DNA of 64,000 bases from assembly GCF_009914755.1 (NCBI RefSeq), contig NC_060935.1. One strand, 5' to 3'. Within the stretch, counting starts at the first letter, position 1, and the number at the start of each line of letters is the position of its first letter. The DNA comes from the human T2T-CHM13v2.0 reference genome, Homo sapiens. Under the pieces are notes generated by a model that was not told the origin of the DNA, did not search any database, and saw nothing but the letters and a program-made list of their open reading frames with translations. Shown here in pieces: positions 1 to 16,705 of the stretch. The position numbers and the translations under genes were made by a program.

Positions 1-605
1 TGGAAACAGTGTTCGTTATCTCCTCTGAGCATAATAGTTCAGGTATGAGCAAAGCTGCTGGCTCTAGGCAGAACAGACAAGTGGTCCAACTTTGCCTGCC
101 GTATTTCTTTCTGTGTTGTTCCCCAGAACTGATAATCATCTGTGTTTGTACAACTCATAGCACTCTTATTCTCTTTCTCTCTCTCTTACTTCTTTCTCTC
201 TCTTTTTTTCGCCTCTCTCCATGATTTGCAAAAAAAAAAAATTGTTTTAAGACTATCACATATTTATCTCATCTGAATTACTCAGGGTTACCTAAAGTTT
301 TAAGGCTGACTTCAGTGCAACATTTCTTTCATCTATTGGAGACCTAGAAATTGATCTTTCTTTCCCTCTTCTTTAACTTGATCACTATTTATTCTATTCC
401 CAAGGGTTTCTGTTCTCTCAAGATTATAGGTTTGAATCTAAAAAATTTACAATTGTAACATATATTTTTCAAAGTTTTTATACTTTTATCCTTTGCATAT
501 AATGAGATACCTAACAAATACAGTTCCAGATGGTATAGTAGGCAACTCAGAAATGTATAATCTCATGTAAGTAATTTATACTTTAAGTAATGTCATCTAA
601 TTTAA

Positions 606-746
606 CCCACTTATGCCTAATGTTCCATTATTGAAATACTAAGCATGTGGAAGTTATTTATAGCCTACTGCTCAAGGTCATCGCCAAAATCTGATTTTTT
701 CACTCATGCAAAAAATCAAAAAATTGCAACCTCAGGCATAAATGGC
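606..746. mobile_element. MER85, non-autonomous piggyBac (PGBD3-derived) MITE
   Basis: TTAA at 602-605. Terminal inverted repeats CCCACTTATGCCT / AGGCATAAATGGC. The body (GTTCCATTATTG..., CCTACTGCTCAAGGTCATCGCCAA, TTGCAACCTCAGG) matches the recalled ~140-bp MER85 consensus. Confidence 0.88.
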
Positions 747-831
747 TTTTAAAGTGTTGCTGGTCTGTGTAGTTTTATATAAAAGAGTAAGTGAAGTGAG
801 TGAGATGTAATTTAAAAAATGTAGAGTGCAT

Positions 832-2025
832 TGGGCTTCCAGTAGTGGCAATTCATCTACTGAAAATAGCTCTGACAGCTAGGAGATTTTATATATCCAG
901 TGAAGGCCCTGGAAAGCTAACAGTAGTGGAAAATTAAAGGACTGTGATGTAAGAGAAAGATATCTATCATTTTTAGTATTTGGGACCACATTGCCCCTAA
1001 GGCATTGCAGAAGAATATCTGTGAGGTCAACAAGAAGGAAAGGAATGTTGACTGTCTTTTAGGCCTAACAGAACAAAAGTTAGAGTTGAAGGCCATTTAG
1101 GGAGAAGGTGACCAAAAAATTCCCTAGTACTTTGGGCAGGGTCCCCATAGAAATACATTATAGAATTAAAAAAGAGACACAAGTAGAACTACCCTCAAGG
1201 ACTGAAGCATAACTTTGCATTATTTTATTTCCTAAATTTAGATTCATGTGATCCAAGTGGCTAGTGTCTCTAGCCATCTGCTAGAAGTAAATATAAATTT
1301 TTTTCTGAAGAAAGATAAGAGTATACTTAGTCTCTAGTTATTTTTTCCCTAAATTTAAAATATGCAATGCCTATCACTGAAACAAAAATTATCAGGCATA
1401 TGAGGATAAGGTATGTGACCAAAATCCAAGAAAACACACAAATCACAAATCATCAGGATCGTTAAAGGATTATCAGACAGACACTTTAAAATTAATGTGA
1501 TTAATATGCTGATAGAAATAAAAGGAAATGTTAATAGCCTTGCCAGAGAATGGGAAACTATAAAGATTACTGAACTGAAAAATGTAATAATAATAAAATT
1601 TAAGATCTCAAGAGGTTTAACAGTTGTTAGATGCACGTGAAGAAGGAACTGGAAGATAGGTTATTAGAAAATATGAGGAATGAAGCATTAAGAGATAAAA
1701 TGGTAAAACAAAACACAGTAAAGATTATAAGATGCCTAGGGTATATAATATTTTAGAATTCTACCATACATGTGATTGGAGTTCTAGAGTATGACCTCAG
1801 ATGTGAAAGACAAGAAGAAAAGGGGCAAGGAGGAGGAGAGGAAGAGAAAAGAAAAGAAAGGAGGGAAGAAGAGGGGAGAGGAAAAGAGAAGAGAAAAAGA
1901 GAATAGAGGAAAGAGAATAGAAGGGAACAAAGCAGAATCAGTATTTGAAGAGATAATGGGTGAGAATGTTTTTAGAAGGATGAAAGATATCAAGCTATAG
2001 ATTCAAAGTTTTACGAACCTGGAGC
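832..2025 (+). mobile_element. Old L1M 5' region/ORF1 remnant with a purine-rich tract (~1810-1930)
   Basis: ORF1-like motifs GTATTTGAAGAGATAATGGGTGAGAAT...GATGAAAGATATCAAGCTATAGATTCAA (translated ...ESVFEEIMGENVF..MKDIK); A-rich sense strand. Confidence 0.65.
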
Positions 2026-2224
2026 ATGTAATAGAGTGTTTTGGCACCTGGGAGACAAAAAAAGGGGGGCAGATTACATATTGTGTGAGTTATTTATGGG
2101 CTCTACAAGTCATACTATTGTGTTTGAATAAGGATAATTCAGAAAGGAATCTGAACAAAATAATAATACAACTTCAGTAATAAACTCAGTTTATTATCCC
2201 ATCTAACTCAACAACAGTACATGT

Positions 2225-2358
2225 ATTATACAATTATTTCTTCTAATTTACAAATGAGAAATTAAGATTGAAACGTCTTGTTCTAGGTTACACAGTGAGT
2301 AATAGGTGTGACTGAGCTATGTTTACTTGATGTAAGAGCCAAACTCTTAACCATTATA
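2225..2358 (-). mobile_element. MIR fragment
   Basis: TTTACAAATGAGAAA...AGGTTACACAG...AGAGCCAAACTCTTAACCATTA resembles the antisense MIR core. Confidence 0.55.
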
Positions 2359-2474
2359 ATATCACAATCATGTTGACATCTATATTTCATTTTAGTTCAA
2401 AAAATTACAGTTGTCAAGGTCTATCATTTCAGAAATATTATCACTTATTCTCATAAATGCTGTAGTCCATTTCA

Positions 2475-3340
2475 TATTCATTCACATATTTACTAACAAC
2501 AAGTATTTATTTAGTACCCTCAATGGGCCATACATACACTTCCATAAGCATTAGAGTTACATCAGTGTCAACAACTGAGAAGAGTCTGAGATTTTTCCCT
2601 ACTATTAAGTTAGCAAGTTTTCCTGCCGCGGTTTCATAGGCGCTGACAGAGAAAGCAAGACTTCTGGGGCAGAGGCAAAAGAAGTTATTACTCATGGCAC
2701 AACGGACAATATGACCTTCATGTTGGTTCCAGTTTCAATTGCCTTTTAAGTCATACAGAGTGACACAGAATGACTTTGGAGGATGCTGTGCACACAGTAA
2801 GTTTGCATCACTGCTGAGGAACCCCAAGTTTAAGAAGATTGCACACCATTATGCAATTTTAAGAAGACTGCATACCATTATGAAAGATTAACCCTAATCT
2901 TTCATAATGGTATGCAAGTAAATACACCCAACTTTGGCCATGAAGGGATATATTATATTTATTTATTATACTGGGAAGGAAAGAAACTTGTCCTCTGTTT
3001 TGAAGGAAGGGACAATCTATGATTTCTTCCAAGAATGTTTGCTATGCACATATCCTTGAAAAGGGAGTAGAGAAGAAAAGGCTGTAGTGCCTCTACTTAT
3101 AAGATGTACACAAATCAAAATGACTCATGGAGAACTGTTTCTCAATAGACAGATGGACAAACATTTCTTGTGAAGCTTACATTTTAAGGAAAAACACCCA
3201 GTAAATATAACACATTTTTTAAAAAGGTTTTTATTAGATTACAGGTAATCAATGCTAAGGAAAAAAAAAACAGTGGATAAAGGAGATTGGGAGTATTTGA
3301 GAGTGTAGTTTAAATTTGGGTTGGTTAGGGTAGGCCAAGA
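2475..3340 (-). mobile_element. L2 3' fragment interrupted by an LTR at 2566-3147
   Basis: ATTCATTCA...CAACAAGTATTTATT is the antisense L2 3' end. L2-like sequence resumes after the LTR (GAAGCTTACATTTTAAGG...). Confidence 0.55.
2566..3147 (-). mobile_element. Solo ERVL-class LTR (MER76-like)
   Basis: Reverse complement begins TATTGAGAAACAGTTCTCCATG and ends ...GTAGGGAAAAATCTCAGACTCTTCTCAGTTGTTGACA, matching recalled MER76 termini. Degenerate 5-bp TSD ATCAG/GACAG. Confidence 0.7.
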
Positions 3341-3585
3341 AAAGAAGTAATATATGCAAATAATTACAAATAATTTCCCTGAATATTACATTTTTCACTC
3401 ACTTTTATCCTAATTAATTTCATTGGGAGAAAGACGTATGTTTCACTTAAAATGAAACATATTTCTAATTTTGTTTATTGTGGTTTAAGTCTTCACATGA
3501 GAATGATAAGAATAGTGTAGAAGAGAAAGCCTCTGTAAACCATCATTTTTGATATTTAGTGATCATTAGAGATGATAGAAAAACA

Positions 3586-3915
3586 ATATATATATGTGTG
3601 TATATATATATATATATGCTGTAGTTCATTTCTTATTCATTCTCTAATTACTAACAACAAATATTTATTTAGTACCCTCATGGGTCATACATACACTCTC
3701 ATAAGCATTAGAATTACATCAGTGTCAACAACTGGGAAGAGTCTGAGATTTTTCCCTACTATTAAGTTAATGAGTGGTCCTGCCATATAGAATATATATA
3801 TATACAAACACACATATATATGTACACACATATACACACACACACACACACATATGTGTGTGTGTGTGTGTGTGTGTATCTCTCTCTCTCTCGAGTGGTC
3901 CTTCCATATATATGT

Positions 3916-3956
<41 letters not shown>

Positions 3957-3975
3957 CACATATATATGTATGTAT
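3586..3975. repeat. Compound (TA)n/(CA)n/(TG)n/(TC)n microsatellite containing a duplicated 154-bp insert
   Basis: Dinucleotide runs are directly visible. 3616-3769 is a copy of 2457-2612. Confidence 0.9.
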
Positions 3976-5599
3976 CTGGAGTTTGATTAGCAGTTACATT
4001 CAAGTCTCCAAAATGTTGCTGTGGAAAAGCAATTTTGAATCCCTGAAGTGCTTTGGCTTATTCTATATAATCCCTTTGGTACCCATTTTATTGTAAATAA
4101 GAAACCAATTTTTCTCAAGAGAAGCAAACAAACGAGACCTCATCTCAAATTCCCAGAGGTTTAAGTTGACTTTGCAAGTCAATGCCCATGAGATGGAGGT
4201 GTTTGCAACCTGGGTAATGTATATTTTCCTCGCTTGTGATATATTTTCTGGTCATTAACCATGGTGCTCTCCCAACTCACAGTTAATTCATCCAAACTGG
4301 CTTGCATCCTCTGGGGCTAAAGTAGGAAGTTTGGGCCTACTTATGACTGCAGGAAATGCCATTTTGTGTATTTTGAGATAATAGAAAAACTGATGGTTTA
4401 GATATTATAAAATCCTACAGTCTCTTGAAAACAGTATACTTCACATAAGGTATGATGATAAAAAATACAACAAAGATTTTTTTACACAGATCCACCAAAG
4501 CAAGCTCAGAGACATAATATGATTATGGAAAATTTATACTGCCATGTAACTGGATATTGTAGAGAGAATATACATAAATATTTGAATTAGATTTAAAGGC
4601 AGTGAAATTTAATGCACTGTATATAATTTACTAAAATAATTTTTCTGCTGACTCAGCACTTGGAAGATTACTTGTTTGAAAGAGAGTGTAAGAAATAAAG
4701 TTCTGGATAAAAATGCTCTCTTTTTATCACCTATTCTACAAAATACAGTTATATTTATGGCTGGAAGTTTTACAAACTATAGATTTTGCAGCTGCTAACT
4801 CTTGAAATGATTGCCTAACATTACAGTATTTAGGAAGTGTAAATTAGGATTCAATGCTGTCAATAGTTGCAGTAATACTTTCTTACATATATAGACAATT
4901 TGATTTGCATTCATAAAAATAGAATGCAAATCATTCCCCACTTATCACATAGAAACATGAAAACATAGTTCTGTCTTCAAATCATGAACAGAAGCACATA
5001 ATTGTCAATGTGCTTACTTGAATAAAGGTATGTAAAAATTTGCATTACAGCTTATTTAACTATTTTACTTTTTCTGAAGTTGGTTCTCATTAATTATATA
5101 GTATTCTGGCACACTAGATTGTGGGCATTAATGAACAAGTTTCAGAAAGTCATATTCACCTACTATTTAAAGAACATAGTTTTCTTATGTTCGAATGATA
5201 TATTTTTGCAATATATCATATTTTAGAAAGCTCTATAATGCACTGGAATGTAGTTAGCATTCATATATATGAGAAATTGGAGGAGGATACATTGTTGGTG
5301 AAGCTATCACAAATTTAAGATGTTAAAAAAATTCTATTTTAATAATTATAATAATTTTTAAAAACTGCCCAACTACCAAAGTGGGGCGCTGATCTTTTTC
5401 TGGTCTAATAACCTGAGTAAAATATAAGAAAACAATACATCCAGGCATTGTACAATATCCAATAGAAGAATGTGACAACTGAAAGAAGGAGAACTCATGA
5501 GGTAAGCTGCAAAATCATCCTGGCTTTCTGTAGAAGATTCTCCAATGGCTGCAACATGCTAAAGTAAAATGAATGGGACTGATTTCTGTGCACTGCACC

Positions 5600-6080
5600 T
5601 GCTGAATGTAGCAAAATGATCATACAATTTTTTAACATTATTATGTTGAATTGCATTGATTTTTGGAAGTTAAACACTGTTTTGGAATATAAATCTAACA
5701 TGAATATGATATATTATCCTTTTTAATATAGTTCTTTGATTTGCTAAGATGGTTAGAATTTACATCTATTTTATGAATGACACAATTTTTCTTTCTTATA
5801 ATTTATTTTATGTTTTTGTATTAATGATAACCTCACAAAATAAGTTTGAAGTATTTTCTCTTTCTATATTCTCTAGAATATTTTCTGGTAGACTGATATA
5901 TTTCTCCTAAAAAATTTGGAAAAATTTTGTGATGAAGAAGCTACCTGGGCCTGAAGATATCTTTTCTGGTAAGATTCAAATTACAAATTCAATTGCTATA
6001 ATAGATACGTAGATTTTCTAATTCTTTTTGCATCATTTTTGATATGTTGGGTACTTTGAGACATTAATCAATTTCATCCA
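5600..6080 (-). mobile_element. Old L1M ORF2 fragment
   Basis: T-rich antisense L1 motifs (TTTGCTAAGAT..., CTACCTGGGCCTGAAGAT..., TCAATTTCATC). Confidence 0.6.
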
Positions 6081-8943
6081 AAGAAAAATGTTTGTAAAAA
6101 TATAAAAAGAAAGTACACTATATAATTTTCATGCATTAATACATATGATAAATTTTCATTTATAAATTGTTAGTGTATAAATGTGAGAAATTTTGAATAT
6201 TTTTAGTTTTTTAATGTTTGTTACATATGATTTTCAAATGCATATTTATAACAATACCTGTTCTGTTACAGAGATGACTCATGTTGGGTCTTGATTTCAA
6301 AGGTTGATTTATATTCAAAGAAAATTTTCTTCATAGAAAGAATTTTTAATTACACTTTGGAAAACACTCTTGTTTCAGTCATAAAACAAATGATATTAGC
6401 TGTTGATAGAATGAGAGAGCATTTCAAGAAACATAATCTATAGAATTAGATAAATTATTAAAGGGTAGTTCCTAATTAGGCTTATAAACATCAATAATTA
6501 ATAATTCCCCAAACTCATAACAAAAGTGCTTTATTCTTTTCAAAGAGTTTTCTTTTTATTTCCGTATTAGATGCTCACATCAACTCTCTGAGGTAACTTG
6601 GGAAAACATTACCCTCATTTATTGGGTGAGAAATGAATTCTTGGGGATGTGTGCAGTTTGTTTATTATATAAATACTATGAGAAGAAAGGTTCTCTGAAT
6701 CCCAGGGCAGCTTCATCATCAGAGGGCTAGCGTGGAATTAATGTAAAATTCTAACATTTCACTGTGTGAACCATGCTTTTCTCCAGGTCCTTACAACGTA
6801 TAATAGTTTATAAATCCAAGCTAACAAATGTGCTACAATTAAAGTAAACCAAATGAATCAAAATAAATAAAACAAAACAAACAACAACGAGAATACAACT
6901 ATCATGACAGAAATCTCATTAGGAGAGAATCTGTGAATCATTTAGGGAGAAAAATGATGGAGTGCTCTGTATTGAAATAATACGCATCTCTACAGTCAAC
7001 AGTTAAAATAGGAAAGAAGGAAGGGAGGGAGGGAGAAAAGAAGGGAGAAAGGTAAGGTGAAAGGAAAGGAAGGGAAGGGAGATGCTCAGAAAAGGAAAAA
7101 CAAAAGGTATTTTCCAGTGGGGGAAAAAAAACAAATTTTTATTTGCTCTATTTCACTGAAGAATCTTGATTAATACAGGTGCTATTTTTTATTTTTATTA
7201 AAAAGTTATTTTTTCTTTTCTTTTATACATTATGGAGATCCATCCAGCCCTTCTGTTTGCTCAAAGGTGGATGTGGCTCATTATTGGCAGAACTGTGTCC
7301 ACTTAGGCATTTCAGATCAAATACAATTCCTCGTCTTATAAACCTGAAGTTTGTAAGGTACCTATGATAGTTATGTTTTATGGAAAGATAGGTTGACATT
7401 CAGAATATGACTGGACAGCTCATGTAGGTCTACCTAGAGAGAGAAAATAGACTGATTATGAGGGGTGCAAATGTTGTTCCTGTGACAATTATAGTTCTCA
7501 TAGTGAGTTAATCACTTGCCATTCTGAATTTATAAGTGTCTTCAGAGCTTGCTTCATGTGTAGATACCTCTGACATATTTATTAATGCCCCTTGATGTGC
7601 TGATGAATCAGTGTGCTGCACCAGGAAAACAAGGGACCAGATCTGAATCTTAATACATTAATCAATCAAAAAAGTGAGTTTAACCCCTAGAGGCCTCTTG
7701 GTAGTATTCTTGGGTGTATCAAACAGACTATGCGGATGAATAGTGTTTTTGAGGAATCAACATTCCTCTTTTTTTTTTCAAACATGAGAGCTCAGCATTT
7801 TTCTTTTCTTTTCAAATTTCTGCCCATAAATGTAGAATGCAAAGGAAAAGAGAAAGTTGAGGAGAACGGGTATTGCAACAGTACAGATAATTTAATTTTT
7901 AATTTGTTTAAAAGAAATTCAAATTAAATCATCTCTGATGGCTTATCTTTGATATAGCCTATAGTACAGTAACAAGCACTAGAACATAAGATGTTCACGG
8001 ATTGTAATGTTAAATAACACAACATTGAATCCCTAAAGTCAAGCATAAAATCTGCATATGGTAGATGCTTAATAGAAATTGCTCACCAGATATTCATTAT
8101 CATTAAATAACCCTCTTAATGAACTATTAATCATAATTATCTAATAAACTATTATTTAATGATAGTGAAGATGCCTGATTAATAAATACCTTAATTGATA
8201 AACTGATAATTGTATTAATTTTAAATTTAGTTTTAAATTGAAAAATAAAAATTTTATTTATCATCGATGTTGAACACAGTACAGTGCTGAAGAGACATGA
8301 AGAGACATACATATTAGGTAGGTTGTATGTACTCTTGCTCTTTCATAGTCCCTATTATTACTTTTTAATGTTTTCTTTTGGTTTAAGAGGGCTGACAAGT
8401 CACGTTTTTTCCTCCTCTGAATTTGTAATCAAACTGAGAATACAACAAGCATCTGTTAGGAATAAAAACAGTCAACGCTGGTGTTATGACTGGATTGAAA
8501 ACCTTAGGAGAAGGAACAAAGCATGGTGGCTCTTTATTTTTCATCATATTGAATGTAAACTGTCTGTGATCTTCTCTGCTTCTGTTTCCAAATGGTAAAT
8601 ATTCTGGAGTCACAACTGACTTTTTACAAATTTAAAATACTTACTATGATTCAACATGCTTGGTGATTCTAGCAAAAGCTGTAATACAATAGATTATATC
8701 CTAGTAAAGTATACATTCCCAAAATTGATCCAAGAAAAGAGAAAAGCACACTAAAATAAATATACAAATGATTTTAGAAGAGATTGGAAAGGTGATGATT
8801 AAAGAGTGCATGTGTGTGTGTTTTGTATAAAGGCTCCAGGACAACATAATTTCATAAAAGAGGTTTATCTAATCTCTAAAAAAAAAAAAAAAATTATCCT
8901 GAAACTTAAGTATTCCAACTAATCAGAAAAGGTAAAAGTTGAC

Positions 8944-9292
8944 AGCCAGGCGCAGTGACTCATGCCTGTTATCCCAGCACTTTAAGAGGCCAAGGTGGGT
9001 GGATGACTTGACTTGAGGTCAGGAGTTCAAGACCAGCCTTGCCAACATGGTGATTCCCCGTCTCTACTAAAAATACAAAAATTAGCCGGGTGCGGTGGTG
9101 CACATCTGTAACTCCAGCTACTCAGGAGGCTGAGGCATGAGAATCACTTGAACCCAGGAGGCAGAGGTTGCAGTGAGCTGAAATCACACCACAGCACTCA
9201 CTCCAGCCAGGGTGACAGAGTGACAGTCTGTCTCAAAAATAACTAAACTAACTAACTAAATAAATAAATAAAAAGAAAAGAAAAATGATAAA
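8944..9292 (+). mobile_element. Alu (AluS-type) inserted in an old L1 ORF2 fragment (~8680-9560)
   Basis: Dimeric Alu with TACTAAAAATACAAAAATTAGCC linker and a (TAAA/TAAC)n tail. Partial TSD AAAAG(G/A)TAAAAGTT. Confidence 0.95.
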
Positions 9293-10148
9293 AAAAGATA
9301 AAAGTTTTTTTTGTTTGTTTGTTTTAGGCAGTTACCTATTTCTAAATACTAAAACATGAATAAGATGGAGAAAGAAAACAGAGAAAGAATACCCATTGAA
9401 AAAATAGATGTGTAATTTTTAAATAAAACATTAGAAAATAGTACCTAGCAAAGTATAAAAAGGATAGAAATTATTCTAGGAATGTGTTAATTTTTCCATA
9501 TCAGAAAATGTATTGCCATAATAGATTACATCATTAAGCTGAAGTGCAGAAAAGCCATACACTTTATCTTTCTGTCAGAGAGATTTTTTGTTTCCTTGTC
9601 TTGAGATTCCAACAATTGTACAAGGTATGCTAAAGTCTTTTAAAATAAGTGCTGTCTAGACCACAATTAAAGCTTCAATTTGACAGTATAACGTCTTGCT
9701 TAAGGTTAGAGAAATCTCTTTCTATAGTTTTTTGCAATATTACCTTTTTTTGGTATGTTGAGAGTTTTTTTACTCAATTTCTTTCTTTAAGCAACTAATT
9801 CAGTAATAGCCATTTACTCTAACTTATCATATAATTGTCTTTTAAAAATCTTAAAATCATGCATTTGTTAGTTTGTATTCAGTAGTTCAATCTCTTTAGT
9901 TGCAACTTTATTTTAGTAGGAAACATGCAATATGGAGAGACTAAAAGGAATCTCAAATTTGCAAACCTTGTACCTGAAAAAGACATATCAGAATACATAA
10001 AAACTTTCACAACTCAAGACAACAAACTATCTAATTTTTCAAAATGGCAAATGATTGGAAAAATAAAGACCTCACTAAAGAAGATATATCAATGGAAAAT
10101 ACGCACATGAAAATGTGTTCAGCATTATTAGTCATCAGAAAATTCAAT

Positions 10149-14168
<4,020 letters not shown>

Positions 14169-15789
14169 AGAAAATTCAATTTAAAACCATAATGAAGTGC
14201 CATTACTATGAACCAATAGAACAACTAAAATGAAAAAGGATTAACCATACCAAGTGTTGGCAATGATGTGAAGTAATCAGAGCTCTCATATACTGCTGGT
14301 GAAAAAGTAAAATGGCACAACTACTTTGAAAAACAGTTTGGCATTTAAAAAAATTTAAATAGCATATAGTAGTCATTCTGCTCCAAGGCATTTCAACTAG
14401 AAAAATAAATGAAAGCATATTTATTCTCACAAAAACATATACATAAACGTTCATAGCAACTTTATTCACAAATACCTAAAAGATGGAAACAAACCAACTG
14501 TCCATCAACTGGTGAAGGAATAAACAAACTAACTGTGGTATATTCATATGAAATAATACTCAACAATAAAAGACAATGAAGTATTAATACATGATCTTTA
14601 AAAACTTTGTTAAAATAGTGAAAATAACATTGCTGAGTCTCTAACCTATGTTAATGAGTGAAAGGAGTCAAGACGAGAAAATGGTACCTATTTTCTTATT
14701 TCATTTATATAAAATTATGGAAAACGCAATCTCATCTACAATGACAGAGAGCAAATCACTGTTTGGGGATAAGGGGAAGATGTCCAAAGAGATTATAAAT
14801 GGGAATCAGGAAACATTAAGGAGTGACTGACATATTCATTATCTTTATTGTGGTCATAGTTTCATGAGTAAAATCAGTTTCTAAAACTATGTATTATATA
14901 TACATATGTGTATATATATTTATTTTCTTATATAGCTTTCATTATTATTCTACCCCGTCTTACAGATACCTTCATATATATTCCTCTAGATGTTATACAG
15001 TATTAGCTTTTAACATTTCGGTCTATGATCCATTTTTAGTTAATATTTGTGTATGGTATAGGGTAAAAGTTATCAAGGTTCATTGTTGAATATGTATGTC
15101 CAAAAGTTCAGGTACTATTTGTTAAAAATAATAATATTTTCCATTGAAATACCTTTTTTTTCAAAAAACAATTAGTGTGTATGTGTCGATTTTAGCATGT
15201 TCTAATCTGTTTCATTGATCTTTCTGTCAATCTTTACAATAAAGCCAAATTGTCTTAACTATTATTTGCTTACAGTAAGACTTAAGATAGATAGTGTCTA
15301 TTTCATTTTTCCTTTATTGTCGCACTTATTTTGCCTCTTCTAGGTCTTCTACATTTTTTTATGCTAAATTTTAGTATTAGTTTGTCAATTTTTGTAAAAG
15401 AGCCAGCTAAGGTCTGCATGAAAATGCAATTTAATCTACAGATTAATTTAGAATAACTGCCGTCTTAAAAATCTTATTAGATATGCTTCATAAACAAAAT
15501 ATATCTCCCCATTTACTTAGCTCTTTAATTTATCTTATCAATGTTCTGTTATTTTCAGCATGCTTATCAATTTTGTTAGATTTATCAAATATTTCATCAA
15601 TTCAATTTTCTATTGTTCCCTGCAAGCATATTATGGAAATACAGTGAATTTATATATATTCACCCTGAATCTTGTAACCTTAGTAAATGTTATAATTAAT
15701 TATAGTAATTCATGTGTAAGTTATTTGGGGTTATATTTAAGCAATCATGTAATAATTAGAAATTACTACAGGTAAATCAAAATAGATTT

Positions 15790-16290
15790 TTTAGGTTGAT
15801 TCCATGTCTTTACTATTGTGAATAGTGTTGCAATGAACATACATGTGCATGTGTCTTTATGACAGATGATTTATATTTCTTTAGGTGTATACTCAGTAAT
15901 GAGATTGCTGGGTCAAAGAGTATTTCTGTGTTTAGATCTGAGGAATTGTCATACTGTCCTCAACAATGGTTGTACTAATTGGATGGAGCTGGAGGCCATT
16001 ATCCTTAGCAAAGTAACAAAGGAACAGAAAACCAAATACTGCATGTTCTCACTTATAAGTGGGAGCTAAATGATGAGAACACATGGACACAAAGAGAGGA
16101 ACAACACACACTGGGGTCTATGGAAGGGTGGAGAGTCTGGGGGGAGGGAGAGGATCAGCAAAATTAGTGGGTGCTAGGCTTAATACCTGGGTGATGAAAT
16201 AATCTGCATAACAAACTCCCATGACACAAGTTTACCTATGTAACAAACCTTCCAATGAAGCCTGAACCTAAAATAAAAGTTATAAAAAGA
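15790..16290 (+). mobile_element. Short 5'-inverted L1 (L1PA13-16/L1PB-like) 3' end
   Basis: Antisense L1 15790-15980 joined to sense TGGATGGAGCTGGAGGCC... ending in AACCTAAAATAAAAGTT. Confidence 0.8.
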
Positions 16291-16392
16291 AATTTATCTT
16301 TTATCTTTCCTTTGCCCTCTAAAATTTCCTTTCTGGACATTGTGCTTACTCAGATCCTGATACAATACTGTACAATAGTGGTAAGAGAGGGA

Positions 16393-16705
16393 GCTATGGA
16401 CAGAATATTTGTGTTTTCCCAAATTCCTATGTTGATGCCTAATCTACAATGTGATGATATTTTCAGGTGGGGCCTTTGGGAAGTTATTAAGATATGATGG
16501 TAGCGACTTTATGAATGAATGGGACTAAGCCCTTATTACAAAAGATAGAGTTTGCGTTCTCTCTCTCTCTCTCCTCCCCACCCCCCCTGCCATGTGCGAA
16601 TACAAACAGAAGATGGCCATCTACAAAGTACACAGAGGATACCCACCTGTCACCGGATCTGCCAGCACCTTGATTGTGGACTTTCTTGTCTCCAGAATCG
16701 TGAGA
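16393..16705 (+). mobile_element. MaLR LTR (MLT1A/MST-like), 3'-truncated
   Basis: GCTATGGACAGAAT...GGTGGGGCCTTTGGGAAG...GCCAGCACCTTGATTGTGGACTT..TCTCCAGAATCGTGAGA. Confidence 0.75.

Noticed and set aside
1-48. Possible splice donor CAG|GTATGA at 42/43
   Set aside because: The upstream part is cut off by the window edge and the translations match nothing I recognise. A single motif is not enough.
1784-2000. K/E-rich and F/S-rich ORFs on both strands
   Set aside because: Translation of a purine-rich low-complexity tract within an L1 remnant.
3572-4096. Overlapping HT/CV-repeat ORFs
   Set aside because: Artefacts of CA/TG microsatellites.
7190-7350. Possible minus-strand terminal exon with AATAAA
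   Set aside because: AATAAA is very frequent in this AT-rich sequence and the acceptor is weak.
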